DNA from: a virus
Lineage: Duplodnaviria; Caudoviricetes
Length of the DNA: 64,000 nucleotides
IMG/VR virus record: IMGVR_UViG_3300033067_002020
Coordinates: 11,311-75,310 of that record
Strand: one strand, 5' to 3'
In this document: piece by piece, positions 1 through 8,479 of the stretch
How the letters are laid out: each line of letters starts with the position of its first letter
Numbering within the stretch: position 1 is the stretch's first letter
Position numbers and translations under genes: made by a program
Notes under the pieces: model-generated
Seen by the model: the letters and a program-made list of their open reading frames with translations, nothing else
Told to the model about the DNA's origin: nothing
The model's database searches: none

Positions 1-165
1 TTTGACCTAAGAAGTGAAACTTGTGACGATATGATTCGAGGTGTTGAAGAGTTGGGTTGGCAAGTTCATTTCAATGATGGTGTTGTCTCAACGAGAGCAC
101 TATGTCCGGTGTGTGTTAAGAGAGCATCACAGCAGGGCGAAACTTTGCCCTCTGACGGCGGCTAG
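1..165 (+). CDS. 3' end of a hypothetical protein (runs in from before the window), CPVC motif
   Basis: Frame +1 is open from base 1 to TAG at 163-165 (FDLRSETC...ALCPVCVKR...DGG*). Not in the ORF track. Confidence 0.5.
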   Translation, partial: FDLRSETCDDMIRGVEELGWQVHFNDGVVSTRALCPVCVKRASQQGETLPSDGG

Positions 166-183
166 AATATTCGCGAGACAATA

Positions 184-441
184 ATGCAGTATCATTCACC
201 GGCCCGTGATGAATTATTTAGTGACAACGTGGGTGACCTACGTCAGACAACGTATGTGACGCCAGTGTTTATCAACATCGGTAGTCAAAAAGAAAGATTG
301 TTAGAAGGTGAGGTCTTCATAATCATACGACGACGTTTTAGTTCAAATATGTTTATTATTCTCACTAGGTTTGGTACACGATTGATTCTTGGCCATTTTG
401 TAAAAGACGATTCAATTGTCGTGACACATGTTGAAAAGTAA
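184..441 (+). CDS. small hypothetical protein, SH3/KOW-like paralog family
   Basis: GEVFIII...FIILTRFG motif shared with neighbours; overlaps next gene. Confidence 0.6.
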   Translation: MQYHSPARDELFSDNVGDLRQTTYVTPVFINIGSQKERLLEGEVFIIIRRRFSSNMFIILTRFGTRLILGHFVKDDSIVVTHVEK

Positions 442-673
442 CTTACTTTTAAGAAAAGGCGATTTATGTTGCGTCGTGGGTGACATGCCCTATGCAACAA
501 ATGCAAATTTATTTAGAACTGATGGCATGCCAGAAAGCATCATGGCGGGTGAACCTGTCATTTATGTCAGGTTCGATAACAATGTATCAGGCACTACTTA
601 TCATTACGTCTTATCAAAATTTGGATTGATGCGTATGGTAGATAGAAACATCACATATGCAAACATTTCGTAA
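428..673 (+). CDS. small hypothetical protein, SH3/KOW-like paralog family
   Basis: LRKGDLCC; GEPVIYV...YVLSKFG. Confidence 0.65.
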   Translation: MLKSNLLLRKGDLCCVVGDMPYATNANLFRTDGMPESIMAGEPVIYVRFDNNVSGTTYHYVLSKFGLMRMVDRNITYANIS

Positions 674-893
674 AGGAAAACTTTACTCTCTGGTGATTCA
701 TCAAGTCGCACAACGGTTCGATGAAGTCAACGCTCATTATGTTACTGAAAACGATGATGAACTTGAAGAAGGGGAATGTGTCATTTACATTAGATCGCAT
801 AGAGGAGGCTGTCCGTCAACGCTTTGGTGCTATGTGTTGACAAAATTTGGTATTCGTGAAATTCGTAAAGAATGTCTAAAAAAGGAAATCTAA
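657..893 (+). CDS. small hypothetical protein, SH3/KOW-like paralog family
   Basis: FRKGKLY; GECVIYI...YVLTKFG. Confidence 0.65.
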   Translation: MQTFRKGKLYSLVIHQVAQRFDEVNAHYVTENDDELEEGECVIYIRSHRGGCPSTLWCYVLTKFGIREIRKECLKKEI

Positions 894-1885
894 CAATGTT
901 TTTACCTTGGTTTGAGATTGCTAATTTTCATAACGTTCGACGCCTAGTTACACAATATCCACACCTTCTAAATGGTGATTCCAGACGCAAATATCGTGGA
1001 AAAATCAAATTGCATGGCACGTGTTCTGGCGTGCAGGTGACAAATATTTCCGTCACACCAATGTCGAGAAGTCAATTCCTGTCACCAGCAAACGGCATTG
1101 ATAATGCCGGATTTGGAAAGTGGGTCATTGACAATTTTGACAATTTTGCCAACATTGCTGTTGCAAGCGATTCAACACTGATCATTTATGGCGAATGGTG
1201 TGGTAAGGGAGTCCAGAGTGGTGTGGCCGCCAGCCAGTTGTCAGGAAAGATCTGGGCAGTCTTTGGAGCAAAATTGGTTTGTGGTGACGCAGTAGAGTTT
1301 ATTGACGATCCTCAACGTTTGAGTGAAATTGTTAGCGGAATTCCTGACACATACGTTCTTCCTTGGATAGAAAACTCTGAAATTATCATTGATTGGGCTT
1401 CATCAGCTGATGAATTAGAGCATGCAATTCAACCCATCAACGATCTCGTTTCACATGTCGAGGCATGTGATCCATGGATCTTAGAAAATTTTGGAATTCG
1501 AGGCGTCGGTGAGGGTGTGGTGTACTATCCGGTCGGAAATAACGTCGAAGATTTCAAAAATTTGGCCTTTAAGGCAAAAGGAGAGAAACATAAGGTTGTC
1601 GCAACAAAAAATGCTGTTGTCGTTTCTGCGACAGTGACAAAATCATGTGAAGATTTTGCAAAACTGGTGTTAGCACCCGCTAGACTTCAACAGGGGATTG
1701 ATGTAATCGGTGCAGCAACGTTTGAAATGAGTAAAATCGGAAACTTTTTGAAGTGGTGTCATCAAGACGTTGAAAAAGAGTGTCAAGCGGAGTTTGACGC
1801 CACACAAATTGACAAAAAACTATTAGAAAAAGCGTGTTCAACGTACGCTAGAGCATGGTATATCGAACAGTCAAAAAAGGTATGA
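872..1885 (+). CDS. RNA ligase, Rnl2-like family
   Basis: Nucleotidyltransferase motifs KIKLHGT (I), IYGEWCG (III), WAVFG (IIIa), GEGVV (IV), FKAK (V), plus Rnl2-type C-terminal domain. Start may be the ATG at 896. Confidence 0.8.
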   Translation: MSKKGNLTMFLPWFEIANFHNVRRLVTQYPHLLNGDSRRKYRGKIKLHGTCSGVQVTNISVTPMSRSQFLSPANGIDNAGFGKWVIDNFDNFANIAVASDSTLIIYGEWCGKGVQSGVAASQLSGKIWAVFGAKLVCGDAVEFIDDPQRLSEIVSGIPDTYVLPWIENSEIIIDWASSADELEHAIQPINDLVSHVEACDPWILENFGIRGVGEGVVYYPVGNNVEDFKNLAFKAKGEKHKVVATKNAVVVSATVTKSCEDFAKLVLAPARLQQGIDVIGAATFEMSKIGNFLKWCHQDVEKECQAEFDATQIDKKLLEKACSTYARAWYIEQSKKV

Positions 1886-1886
1886 T

Positions 1887-2090
1887 ATGTTGGAAATCGG
1901 CACTTTGTGCCAAACAATTCATGAAGACACCGTCCAAATCGGAGGAGGTAGATCAAACAATCAAATGGTCAACCTCCACAAAGATTCAATCGTGTTGATT
2001 TTAAAGTACAATAAAACAAATCATTTGTGTAACGTCATATCAACATCAGGTCTTGGTTGGATTTGGCCGAAAAATTTACGTCAGATGTAA
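1887..2090 (+). CDS. small hypothetical protein, SH3/KOW-like paralog family
   Basis: LEIGTLC; SIVLIL...NVISTSGLGWI. Confidence 0.6.
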   Translation: MLEIGTLCQTIHEDTVQIGGGRSNNQMVNLHKDSIVLILKYNKTNHLCNVISTSGLGWIWPKNLRQM

Positions 2091-2106
2091 TTAAGCAAAG
2101 AATAAC

Positions 2107-2388
2107 ATGAAAAAATATCGTTGTCGCGTGATGTTGCCAGAAGTCAGTGAATGGAAAACAATCGAACAACGTTCTGGTGTTATGGCGGCAAATGAATTCT
2201 TTTTTGTGTTTGATAATTTGCCTTGTGTTAGGTATAACAACGTAAATTACGCGACAATTGAAATTGAAGATGATAAACCAATCATCGTAAGTAATGCACG
2301 AGAACGACAAAGTTCTATCAAAATCGCTTCAAAAATAGAACTTTGTGTTCGACTGGCCTGTGACGAACAATTGAATTACAAATGTTAA
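2107..2388 (+). CDS. hypothetical protein
   Basis: Co-directional 93 aa ORF filling the gap between packed genes. Confidence 0.55.
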   Translation: MKKYRCRVMLPEVSEWKTIEQRSGVMAANEFFFVFDNLPCVRYNNVNYATIEIEDDKPIIVSNARERQSSIKIASKIELCVRLACDEQLNYKC

Positions 2389-2666
2389 ATTTAAGTCAAG
2401 GCGATTTGGTAAACATCAATCATCGTATGGGATATAAAAGTTTCCCTCGAGAACACGTTGTCCAATGGATGGGCGATGTTCGTCGAGGGATTGTTTTATC
2501 TGTTCAAGAAAACACAGATCTTGTTAGAATTTTGACTGCTACGGGAACTTGGTGGATCAATCACGTTCACCTCAACAGAATTAGATTATATGAGCCTGTC
2601 AGAGTATCAACGGGAGTCTTGCATCTTAAACAACGCAAGCATTCCAACGACTTTGAACATTCCTAA
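2382..2666 (+). CDS. small hypothetical protein, SH3/KOW-like paralog family
   Basis: LSQGDLV; GIVLSV...VRILTATGTWWI; 3' end overlaps the convergent PRTase gene by 60 nt. Confidence 0.6.
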   Translation: MLNLSQGDLVNINHRMGYKSFPREHVVQWMGDVRRGIVLSVQENTDLVRILTATGTWWINHVHLNRIRLYEPVRVSTGVLHLKQRKHSNDFEHS

Positions 2667-3467
2667 ATCTTCTAACGCTTTTGCAGCCTCTTGAAAAGTT
2701 GAACCTGTTGTCACGACGTCATCAACGATCACGACGTTATACATTTTAGAGTCTCCACCGAGAGCAACGTCAATGATTGAATCATTTGCAGCTTGCCAGT
2801 TCTGCACGGCAGACCTGAACGCAGGCTTTACGTATTTTCTGATGCTTGGTGTTGGGTCTGCTTTCATTCTCTCAAGACCTCTTGTCACTGACTTTTGAGT
2901 TGTCGGTGACATCTTGCTTAATTTTTCAGGATCGAATTGTGCATTTTTCAGTTGTTTCACAACGCCAGCTGGGACGAATTTTGCTCCTAGTTTTTGAGCG
3001 ATGACAGTGGCAAATATACTTGCGAGTTGGCTCCTCGATTGAGGACACGTCACGATATCAACTTTTTCTGTTATCCAACTTGCGGCTCGACCACCAAATT
3101 TTTGTGCAAGTTTTTCCTGAATTCCAGGTTCAATCACCATGTTGTGTTCTGAGGCATTTCCTAGTTTAATTGCTTCAACAACGTCTTCTGGAGAGAATTC
3201 AGGAATGTTTTTTGAGTATGCGCCAGCAAAGCTTTGTGCGACTTGAATCGGTGCGAGAACCTGTTGTCGATTTGAGGTTCCCTTGATGTAAGGTTTCCCA
3301 GGTGCCATGAACCCAAAGCCGTTTTCAGTGTTGCCACCGTCTGTCGAACCAGTAAACGTAACTTGCCACGTTCCAGGTGATTTTGGATCTGCGGCGACGT
3401 TTATTGCCTCAGACAGAGTTTGTCGTATCATCAATCGTAAACATTCTCTTAACGTATGATTAACCAT
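2607..3467 (-). CDS. type I phosphoribosyltransferase-family protein with virion-type N-terminal leader
   Basis: PRPP-binding loop VVIVDDVVTTGSTF and CPQSRSQLA. Preferred start is the ATG at 3467 (MVNHTLRECLRLMIRQTLSEAI), 5 nt after TATTTA; the ORF track extends it to 3524. Confidence 0.75.
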   Translation of the reverse strand: MVNHTLRECLRLMIRQTLSEAINVAADPKSPGTWQVTFTGSTDGGNTENGFGFMAPGKPYIKGTSNRQQVLAPIQVAQSFAGAYSKNIPEFSPEDVVEAIKLGNASEHNMVIEPGIQEKLAQKFGGRAASWITEKVDIVTCPQSRSQLASIFATVIAQKLGAKFVPAGVVKQLKNAQFDPEKLSKMSPTTQKSVTRGLERMKADPTPSIRKYVKPAFRSAVQNWQAANDSIIDVALGGDSKMYNVVIVDDVVTTGSTFQEAAKALEDLGMFKVVGMLALFKMQDSR

Positions 3468-3472
3468 AATGA

Positions 3473-3478
3473 TAAATA
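3473..3478 (-). promoter_or_regulatory. candidate late promoter, TANTTA type
   Basis: TATTTA 5 nt upstream of the PRTase ATG at 3467. Confidence 0.4.
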
Positions 3479-3515
3479 ATGTGCATATCAGCAAGATGAG
3501 AATTATAATTGTTTC

Positions 3516-3812
3516 ATGCTTCAAATAGTGTCAGATGGATTTCAAGGTCGATTGTGCAAAATCTTTTGGCACGATTCTAATCCTCTGTCACAATATCTTC
3601 GAAGTGATCCAACGTCTCCAGTGAATCAGATACCATGTTTCGCCTTTGCCGAAGATCCTCAAAACATTGGGCACAGACAACTCTTCCATCTTCAATTTAA
3701 CGATATTGTTATCATTCTTCAAAAACTACGTGGCAAAAAGCGTGTTCAAGTGCTAACTAAGTTTGGTGTTGGATGGGTGAGTATGGATTACTTACGTGGT
3801 ATCACTACTTAG
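3516..3812 (+). CDS. small hypothetical protein, SH3/KOW-like paralog family
   Basis: NDIVIIL...VQVLTKFGVGWV. Confidence 0.6.
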   Translation: MLQIVSDGFQGRLCKIFWHDSNPLSQYLRSDPTSPVNQIPCFAFAEDPQNIGHRQLFHLQFNDIVIILQKLRGKKRVQVLTKFGVGWVSMDYLRGITT

Positions 3813-3834
3813 TGCATTCTAGGGTATCTATACC

Positions 3835-4119
3835 ATGTCGACAAAGTTCCAAGTAAGTAGACTTTTTACGTACGTTGGTAAGAGTCGAATTAAGTTATTC
3901 AATTTTATTGAAGGTGACGATATAGTCGATCAAACAAAAGGTCAAGCACAATTTCTTTATCATAATGATAAAATAATCATTATTGATATTTCGCATATCA
4001 ATGTAACACTTGATATCATGTGGATCTCGTTTTTAACTTCTCGCGGTCACGTAGGAATGATTCAATTAGGAATTGATGATTCGCACAGAGTTTCATGTTT
4101 GTTCATACATGAAACGTGA
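3835..4119 (+). CDS. small hypothetical protein, SH3/KOW-like paralog family
   Basis: DKIIII...SFLTSRGHVGMI. Confidence 0.55.
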   Translation: MSTKFQVSRLFTYVGKSRIKLFNFIEGDDIVDQTKGQAQFLYHNDKIIIIDISHINVTLDIMWISFLTSRGHVGMIQLGIDDSHRVSCLFIHET

Positions 4120-4156
4120 TTATGTAACTTATGGCATTTTATGTTACCATTGATGC

Positions 4157-4405
4157 ATGGTAAACACATTTGAATGCCATAGTGTGTATCAATTTATTGG
4201 TCCTGAATCACATTATGTATCAAAAGGTTTGTTTGACGACACGTTCGTTGGGAACGTTCATGAAAATGATCTCATCTTTGTATTGAATGTCCTTGAAAGT
4301 GAAGATCGATATGCACTAAGAATTCTTTCATCGCAATATGGTTGTGGAATTATCGAAGTTGAAAAATCAGAAGTTGACTTGAAAACGTTCGTTCTAATAA
4401 CATGA
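4157..4405 (+). CDS. small hypothetical protein, SH3/KOW-like paralog family
   Basis: NDLIFVL...LRILSSQYGCGII. Confidence 0.6.
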   Translation: MVNTFECHSVYQFIGPESHYVSKGLFDDTFVGNVHENDLIFVLNVLESEDRYALRILSSQYGCGIIEVEKSEVDLKTFVLIT

Positions 4406-4698
4406 AAATCTCTGACAAAAATTTTGCTATAATCGGAAAAGTGTATCGTTTTTTTGGTGAAGCCGACGGCGACTGTTTTTGGTTCGCTAGGAATCGTGTT
4501 GATTATTCGTTAGGAAAGCTTGATGTACGTGTACAATGCGGTGATTTAATTACAGTGTTGGAACATCAGGTAAATTGGTGTGATGAAACAAGCGATTATG
4601 AAATTTCCGTCAAACTCTTGACTAAGAACGGATGTGGATACATCGTTGCAATGATGAATGATGTGAAATACATGCCTCAATTTATGGAAATCACATGA
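4402..4698 (+). CDS. small hypothetical protein, SH3/KOW-like paralog family
   Basis: GDLITVL...VKLLTKNGCGYI; ATGA coupling on both sides. Confidence 0.6.
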   Translation: MKISDKNFAIIGKVYRFFGEADGDCFWFARNRVDYSLGKLDVRVQCGDLITVLEHQVNWCDETSDYEISVKLLTKNGCGYIVAMMNDVKYMPQFMEIT

Positions 4699-4928
4699 AT
4701 GAAAAAATAGTAATCAATGAATTATTGACATTGTTATGTGAGTTTCTTCCTCAGTGCGTTGGAAATTGTGGTGAGGTTGCAACTCGTAGCACAAATTGTT
4801 CATGTCCAATGGGTGTCACTTATTATTGCGACGATTGTGATATTCCATTGACAAAGCTATCATCGTTCAAAGGTTGGGAAGATTTACCTTGGTCTACAAC
4901 CGTTAGAAACGCTAAAAAATTCAAATGA
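4695..4928 (+). CDS. small Cys-rich (possible zinc-binding) hypothetical protein
   Basis: CVGNC...CSC...YYCDDC; ATGA-coupled. Confidence 0.55.
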   Translation: MNEKIVINELLTLLCEFLPQCVGNCGEVATRSTNCSCPMGVTYYCDDCDIPLTKLSSFKGWEDLPWSTTVRNAKKFK

Positions 4929-5170
4929 AATTTAATAAAGGCGATCTAGTTGTCATTATCAATCATAACGGTGTGAAACCGCTTGATAAGACATTTGACA
5001 CAGGAACGTCTTTACGTGTTGCAGTTTATGACGATAACATGAAATATGCAACGCATCTAATAGCAAATCAACATGGAATTGTCATTGAAGATAATGACAC
5101 GATGTTAGTGAGCGTGATGTTTGAGTCAGGACGTTACTTGATTCAACGTAAATTTATAAAAAAGCAATAA
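4925..5170 (+). CDS. small KOW/SH3-like hypothetical protein
   Basis: MKFNKGDLVVI...GIVI...VSVMFESG. Confidence 0.65.
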   Translation: MKFNKGDLVVIINHNGVKPLDKTFDTGTSLRVAVYDDNMKYATHLIANQHGIVIEDNDTMLVSVMFESGRYLIQRKFIKKQ

Positions 5171-5178
5171 AAATTGCA

Positions 5179-5184
5179 TATTTA
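5179..5184 (+). promoter_or_regulatory. candidate late promoter, TANTTA type
   Basis: TATTTA 8 nt upstream of the kinase ATG; same motif class precedes several virion genes. Confidence 0.4.
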
Positions 5185-5192
5185 ACATTAGA

Positions 5193-5918
5193 ATGAAAGA
5201 AACTCTTAGACAATACATTTCCTTAGTTTTAGAAGCAATACATCAAGAGAGACCAGAGGGAACAACCTCAAGTAAGTTTCTATTCAATGAGTTTAAACAA
5301 CTAAAAGATCAAAATGAAAAAGTTCAATACGCCAAGCAACGTCTAAAATTGCTTGGCGAAGGCTCGTCACGAATCACGTTCATCTTTACGAACAGACACG
5401 TGCTAAAAATTGCAACTAACAAAGCTGGCTTTGCACAAAACATGGCTGAACTTGACGTTGCAACAAATCCTAACATGAAACCAGTCATTGCAGAATTGAA
5501 GGATTATGATCCTAACGGTTCTTGGCTAGTTGAAGAAATGGTTCGTGAAGTCGACGATCAAGAGTTTGAAGATTTGTCTGGCGTTCCATACGTATTTTTT
5601 ACCCAAATTATCCAGTCACATGTGAATGCGTCACCGTCAGCACAAAAACGGCTTATCAGCAGACTCGATCCAAAGGGTCAGCAGTGGATAAAAAATGTCA
5701 TTCATATGATTGAGACAGGAAATCTGATCGAGGCTGACTTTTTGAAAGTTGAACATTGGGGCAAGACAGGTTCAGGTCGTCTTGTCATCATGGATTATGG
5801 TTATACTGAAGACGTGTTCAATCGTCACTACGATAGTGGTACAGTCGCTCCAACACAAATTGCTGCAACAGAAAAAGCGCCCATAAGCCAACAACCCACA
5901 CGAAATATACAAAAATAA
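5193..5918 (+). CDS. protein kinase-like fold protein with virion-type N-terminal leader
   Basis: Gly loop LGEGSSR, VLKIA, helix-C QNMAE, catalytic ADFLKVEHWG, DFG-equivalent IMDYG; leader MKETLRQYISLVLEAI. Confidence 0.75.
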   Translation: MKETLRQYISLVLEAIHQERPEGTTSSKFLFNEFKQLKDQNEKVQYAKQRLKLLGEGSSRITFIFTNRHVLKIATNKAGFAQNMAELDVATNPNMKPVIAELKDYDPNGSWLVEEMVREVDDQEFEDLSGVPYVFFTQIIQSHVNASPSAQKRLISRLDPKGQQWIKNVIHMIETGNLIEADFLKVEHWGKTGSGRLVIMDYGYTEDVFNRHYDSGTVAPTQIAATEKAPISQQPTRNIQK

Positions 5919-5948
5919 GGTTTAGGTTACATTTGATTTTAGGTGACA

Positions 5949-6233
5949 ATGAAAAGTTTGAGACAAATGATTTTAGACGTGAAACGACGTACATCTCCAA
6001 CAGTATCTTCTGATGTTGATGAAATCATTGATCTAAAATCAAATCATGTAAAGCCTAGCACTTTGATTGGTATGTCAAAGCAGGACGCTGTGTCGTTGGT
6101 TTAAAAACAACAAATGTTAGCGCGAATCATCAGAGAAGATGATATCTGGTTTGTCGTGACTAGTGACTTGCATCACAATCGAATGAATCTTGAAATTCAA
6201 AAAGGAGTCGTGGTGAAAGCTGCGATTGGATAA
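5949..6233 (+). pseudogene. potato-I/I78-type protease-inhibitor-like paralog interrupted by an in-frame TAA at 6102-6104
   Basis: Manual translation from ATG 5949: MKSLRQ...TLIGMSKQDAVSLV*KQQMLARIIREDDIWFVVTSDLHHNRMNLEIQKGVVVKAAIG*. It aligns with the next gene on both sides of the stop. Confidence 0.6.
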
Positions 6234-6234
6234 A

Positions 6235-6417
6235 ATGAACGTAAAAAATGTCATTGGAATGAACGTTAATGAAGCTGTTAAACTTTTAAAAGAATCTGGT
6301 TTCACCGTAAATCAACATAATGAAGGAATGCCCCATTTGTTGACGTGTGATTATAGACTTGATAGAGTTACAATTGTTGTTACAAATAATATTGTAACCA
6401 ATGCTTCGTTAGGGTAA
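6235..6417 (+). CDS. small serine-protease-inhibitor-like protein (potato inhibitor I / I78-like)
   Basis: VIGMNVNEA...LTCDYRLDRVTIVV...V...LG pattern; ATG at 6235 directly follows the upstream TAA. Confidence 0.6.
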   Translation: MNVKNVIGMNVNEAVKLLKESGFTVNQHNEGMPHLLTCDYRLDRVTIVVTNNIVTNASLG

Positions 6418-6442
6418 TCTAAAAATGTAACAGAGGTGTAAC

Positions 6443-6628
6443 ATGTTTAATGTCAGTCGTTTTGTTCTTCCCACGTTGTCTGTCGGCGGGTCAGTTACGA
6501 TGATAACAGCAACTGTATGTTGTATGTTTTTTGGGCAAATTGCTGACGTTATATGTTTTGCTACAGTTACAGGATTACAAATTTACAGATCGTATCTTGA
6601 TGTTAATTCTCTAATAAAGGTAAAATAA
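6443..6628 (+). CDS. small membrane protein
   Basis: Two hydrophobic stretches; TAATG overlap with next gene. Confidence 0.5.
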   Translation: MFNVSRFVLPTLSVGGSVTMITATVCCMFFGQIADVICFATVTGLQIYRSYLDVNSLIKVK

Positions 6629-6894
6629 TGCAAAAATTGCAAATTGCTGTTGATTGTTTGTCAAATCCAATTTATATTGGCAGTAAAGTTGCGTATGCAA
6701 TAGGAACTTATGGTGGTGGCTCTGCTCTTAGAATTGGTGTGGTTTACGGCGTAGACATTAATGAAAAAAGAACTTTATTGCGAATTAAAGCCACAACAGC
6801 TAAAATGTGGGATTACGAGCAACATGATTACGTGACTAAAGAAGTGAATCGTAGTACTTCAAATCTAACAAAGTTAATTGTAATTACAACCTGA
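6628..6894 (+). CDS. hypothetical protein (KOW-like start)
   Basis: DCLSNPIYIGSKVAYA...RIGVV. Confidence 0.6.
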   Translation: MQKLQIAVDCLSNPIYIGSKVAYAIGTYGGGSALRIGVVYGVDINEKRTLLRIKATTAKMWDYEQHDYVTKEVNRSTSNLTKLIVITT

Positions 6895-6906
6895 AAGGAT
6901 ATTGTT

Positions 6907-7266
6907 TTGAAGAGTTCTGACTATCGCGCTAGATTGAATTTTGTTGTTTCTTCTTATGTTAAGTCTGGTATTTCTGATTCATTGATACGTAACAGTCACA
7001 TGAATCATTACGATGAAGAAACGATTGACTCAAACGTTGTCAAACAACACTTGTTAGCAATTGTTGATGATTTTTGTGAGTCATATCAGGGCAGCGACAA
7101 AATCATTGATGTGTTGAATGGTTTAACAAAGGTAACAAAAAAACATCAATTAGATTATGACGTCTATCGTCAAACCACGATTGATGCATATCTTGTTGAC
7201 TTTTTAAACTATTTTGCCATGAACTCTGGCGTTGATTTAGCGTTATATGTTGGCGATCTTTACTGA
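6907..7266 (+). CDS. hypothetical protein
   Basis: TTG start after AAGGA; followed by a terminator. Confidence 0.65.
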   Translation: MKSSDYRARLNFVVSSYVKSGISDSLIRNSHMNHYDEETIDSNVVKQHLLAIVDDFCESYQGSDKIIDVLNGLTKVTKKHQLDYDVYRQTTIDAYLVDFLNYFAMNSGVDLALYVGDLY

Positions 7267-7284
7267 CAGATAGTCTAACATGTG

Positions 7285-7309
7285 AAAAGGCCTGAAAACA
7301 GGCCTTTTT
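7285..7309. terminator. Rho-independent terminator, likely bidirectional
   Basis: Perfect stem AAAAGGCCTG / loop AAAA / CAGGCCTTTT then T, 18 nt after a stop codon. Confidence 0.8.
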
Positions 7310-7347
7310 CCGTTAAACAACGATAATCTATATTTTACAATTTTCAT

Positions 7348-7629
7348 ATGTCGTCTAACACAAAAAACGTCGTAGCTATCACATTAATTGGTGTTGGTAA
7401 AGTTTGTGGATTGTGTGGAATCATGTTGGGTTATACCAATCATAGAAATGTTGCCGCGTTACTTTTGTTGATTTATGGTTTGTTGATATTAACGTCAGTT
7501 TTGCTGTGCATTTCGTCATTGATCAATAACTTAAAAATTGAAAAATCTGATAAAGATGTGATTCGACGCCTTCATGAAGAAGGCGTGTTGAAACACTATT
7601 TATTAGAGGTATGTCAAAACGCAAACTGA
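7348..7629 (+). CDS. small two-TM membrane protein
   Basis: Two hydrophobic segments followed by a charged tail. Confidence 0.6.
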   Translation: MSSNTKNVVAITLIGVGKVCGLCGIMLGYTNHRNVAALLLLIYGLLILTSVLLCISSLINNLKIEKSDKDVIRRLHEEGVLKHYLLEVCQNAN

Positions 7630-8243
7630 TAACATTATTGTTAAGTGTCCTTGTGGGATGCGAATCACCTTCTTACGCTAATTCGTCAGATGCTTTCATA
7701 TCGTTACCAGATGTGAATGATAGTGTGATAGCTGACGTGTTAGACTCATCTAACGATACATCATTCGCTAAACAAACAAAAATTTTGTTAATAGGTGATT
7801 CACAAGCTGGTCGGTGTTCAACAAGAGTTGATCGTGTTAAAAAATCAAACGAAACGGTAGTTGTTGATTACAAGGTCAGCACAACAATCCAATATTGGAA
7901 TGACAAGAGATTTGTTACTTCAATTGATCGCTTTTCGCCTGACAAAGTTGTCATATTTCTTGGCACAAACAATTATCTTGATAAAGTTTTACCAAACATT
8001 GAATCAATTTTGACAACTGTCAAAAATAAATCGCTTGATTGCGTGTGGCTTGGACCGGTTGCCGTTCGTGGTGATAAAAACATTACAATCAATAAATTGT
8101 TGAAAAGAGCAGTTAGCGAAACTTGTGTTTATGTCGATTCAATTGATGCAAACATTCCATTAGAAGATGGAATACATCCTAGTTCATCAGGAATAGACAT
8201 ATGGTTGAACTTAGCATGGGACAATTTCAGAAAGCGCAATTAA
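7611..8243 (+). CDS. SGNH/GDSL hydrolase, predicted lipoprotein
   Basis: Blocks IGDSQ, IFLGTNN, DGIHPS; signal MSKRKLITLLLSVLVGC with LVG-C lipobox. Confidence 0.8.
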   Translation: MSKRKLITLLLSVLVGCESPSYANSSDAFISLPDVNDSVIADVLDSSNDTSFAKQTKILLIGDSQAGRCSTRVDRVKKSNETVVVDYKVSTTIQYWNDKRFVTSIDRFSPDKVVIFLGTNNYLDKVLPNIESILTTVKNKSLDCVWLGPVAVRGDKNITINKLLKRAVSETCVYVDSIDANIPLEDGIHPSSSGIDIWLNLAWDNFRKRN

Positions 8244-8479
8244 GATTGACACAATCTGGTATTGGTTTGTGTAAAGAATCAAATTGTCAGTATCATACTG
8301 ATGTATGGTTATCAACAAATAATGTGTTCATCATACTTGACATGTATGATAACAATGGGAAAAATGATTCTAGTTGTGAAAAGATTGCTAAAGTCATATC
8401 AAAGTTTGGTATGCATTGGATTCGTATTACACAATATCAACATGATTGGATAAACATGCATAGCAAGGACATAACATGA
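8201..8479 (+). CDS. small hypothetical protein, SH3/KOW-like paralog family (start uncertain)
   Basis: NVFIIL...KVISKFGMHWI matches the family; ATGA-type overlap with pth. Confidence 0.55.
   Translation: MVELSMGQFQKAQLRLTQSGIGLCKESNCQYHTDVWLSTNNVFIILDMYDNNGKNDSSCEKIAKVISKFGMHWIRITQYQHDWINMHSKDIT

Noticed and set aside
3468-3524. Signal peptide / TM helix on the PRTase (MKHETIIILILLICTLF)
   Set aside because: It overlaps the start of the opposite-strand gene at 3516 and is an AT-rich upstream extension; the ATG at 3467 gives the conserved leader.
6102-6104. Genome-wide stop-codon reassignment (TAA read as an amino acid)
   Set aside because: Well-identified genes end cleanly at TAA, TGA and TAG and long genes are uninterrupted; only one interruption was seen.
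6426-6444. TGTAACA direct repeat as an operator
   Set aside because: Only two short copies next to a start codon in AT-rich DNA; no consistent spacing at other occurrences.
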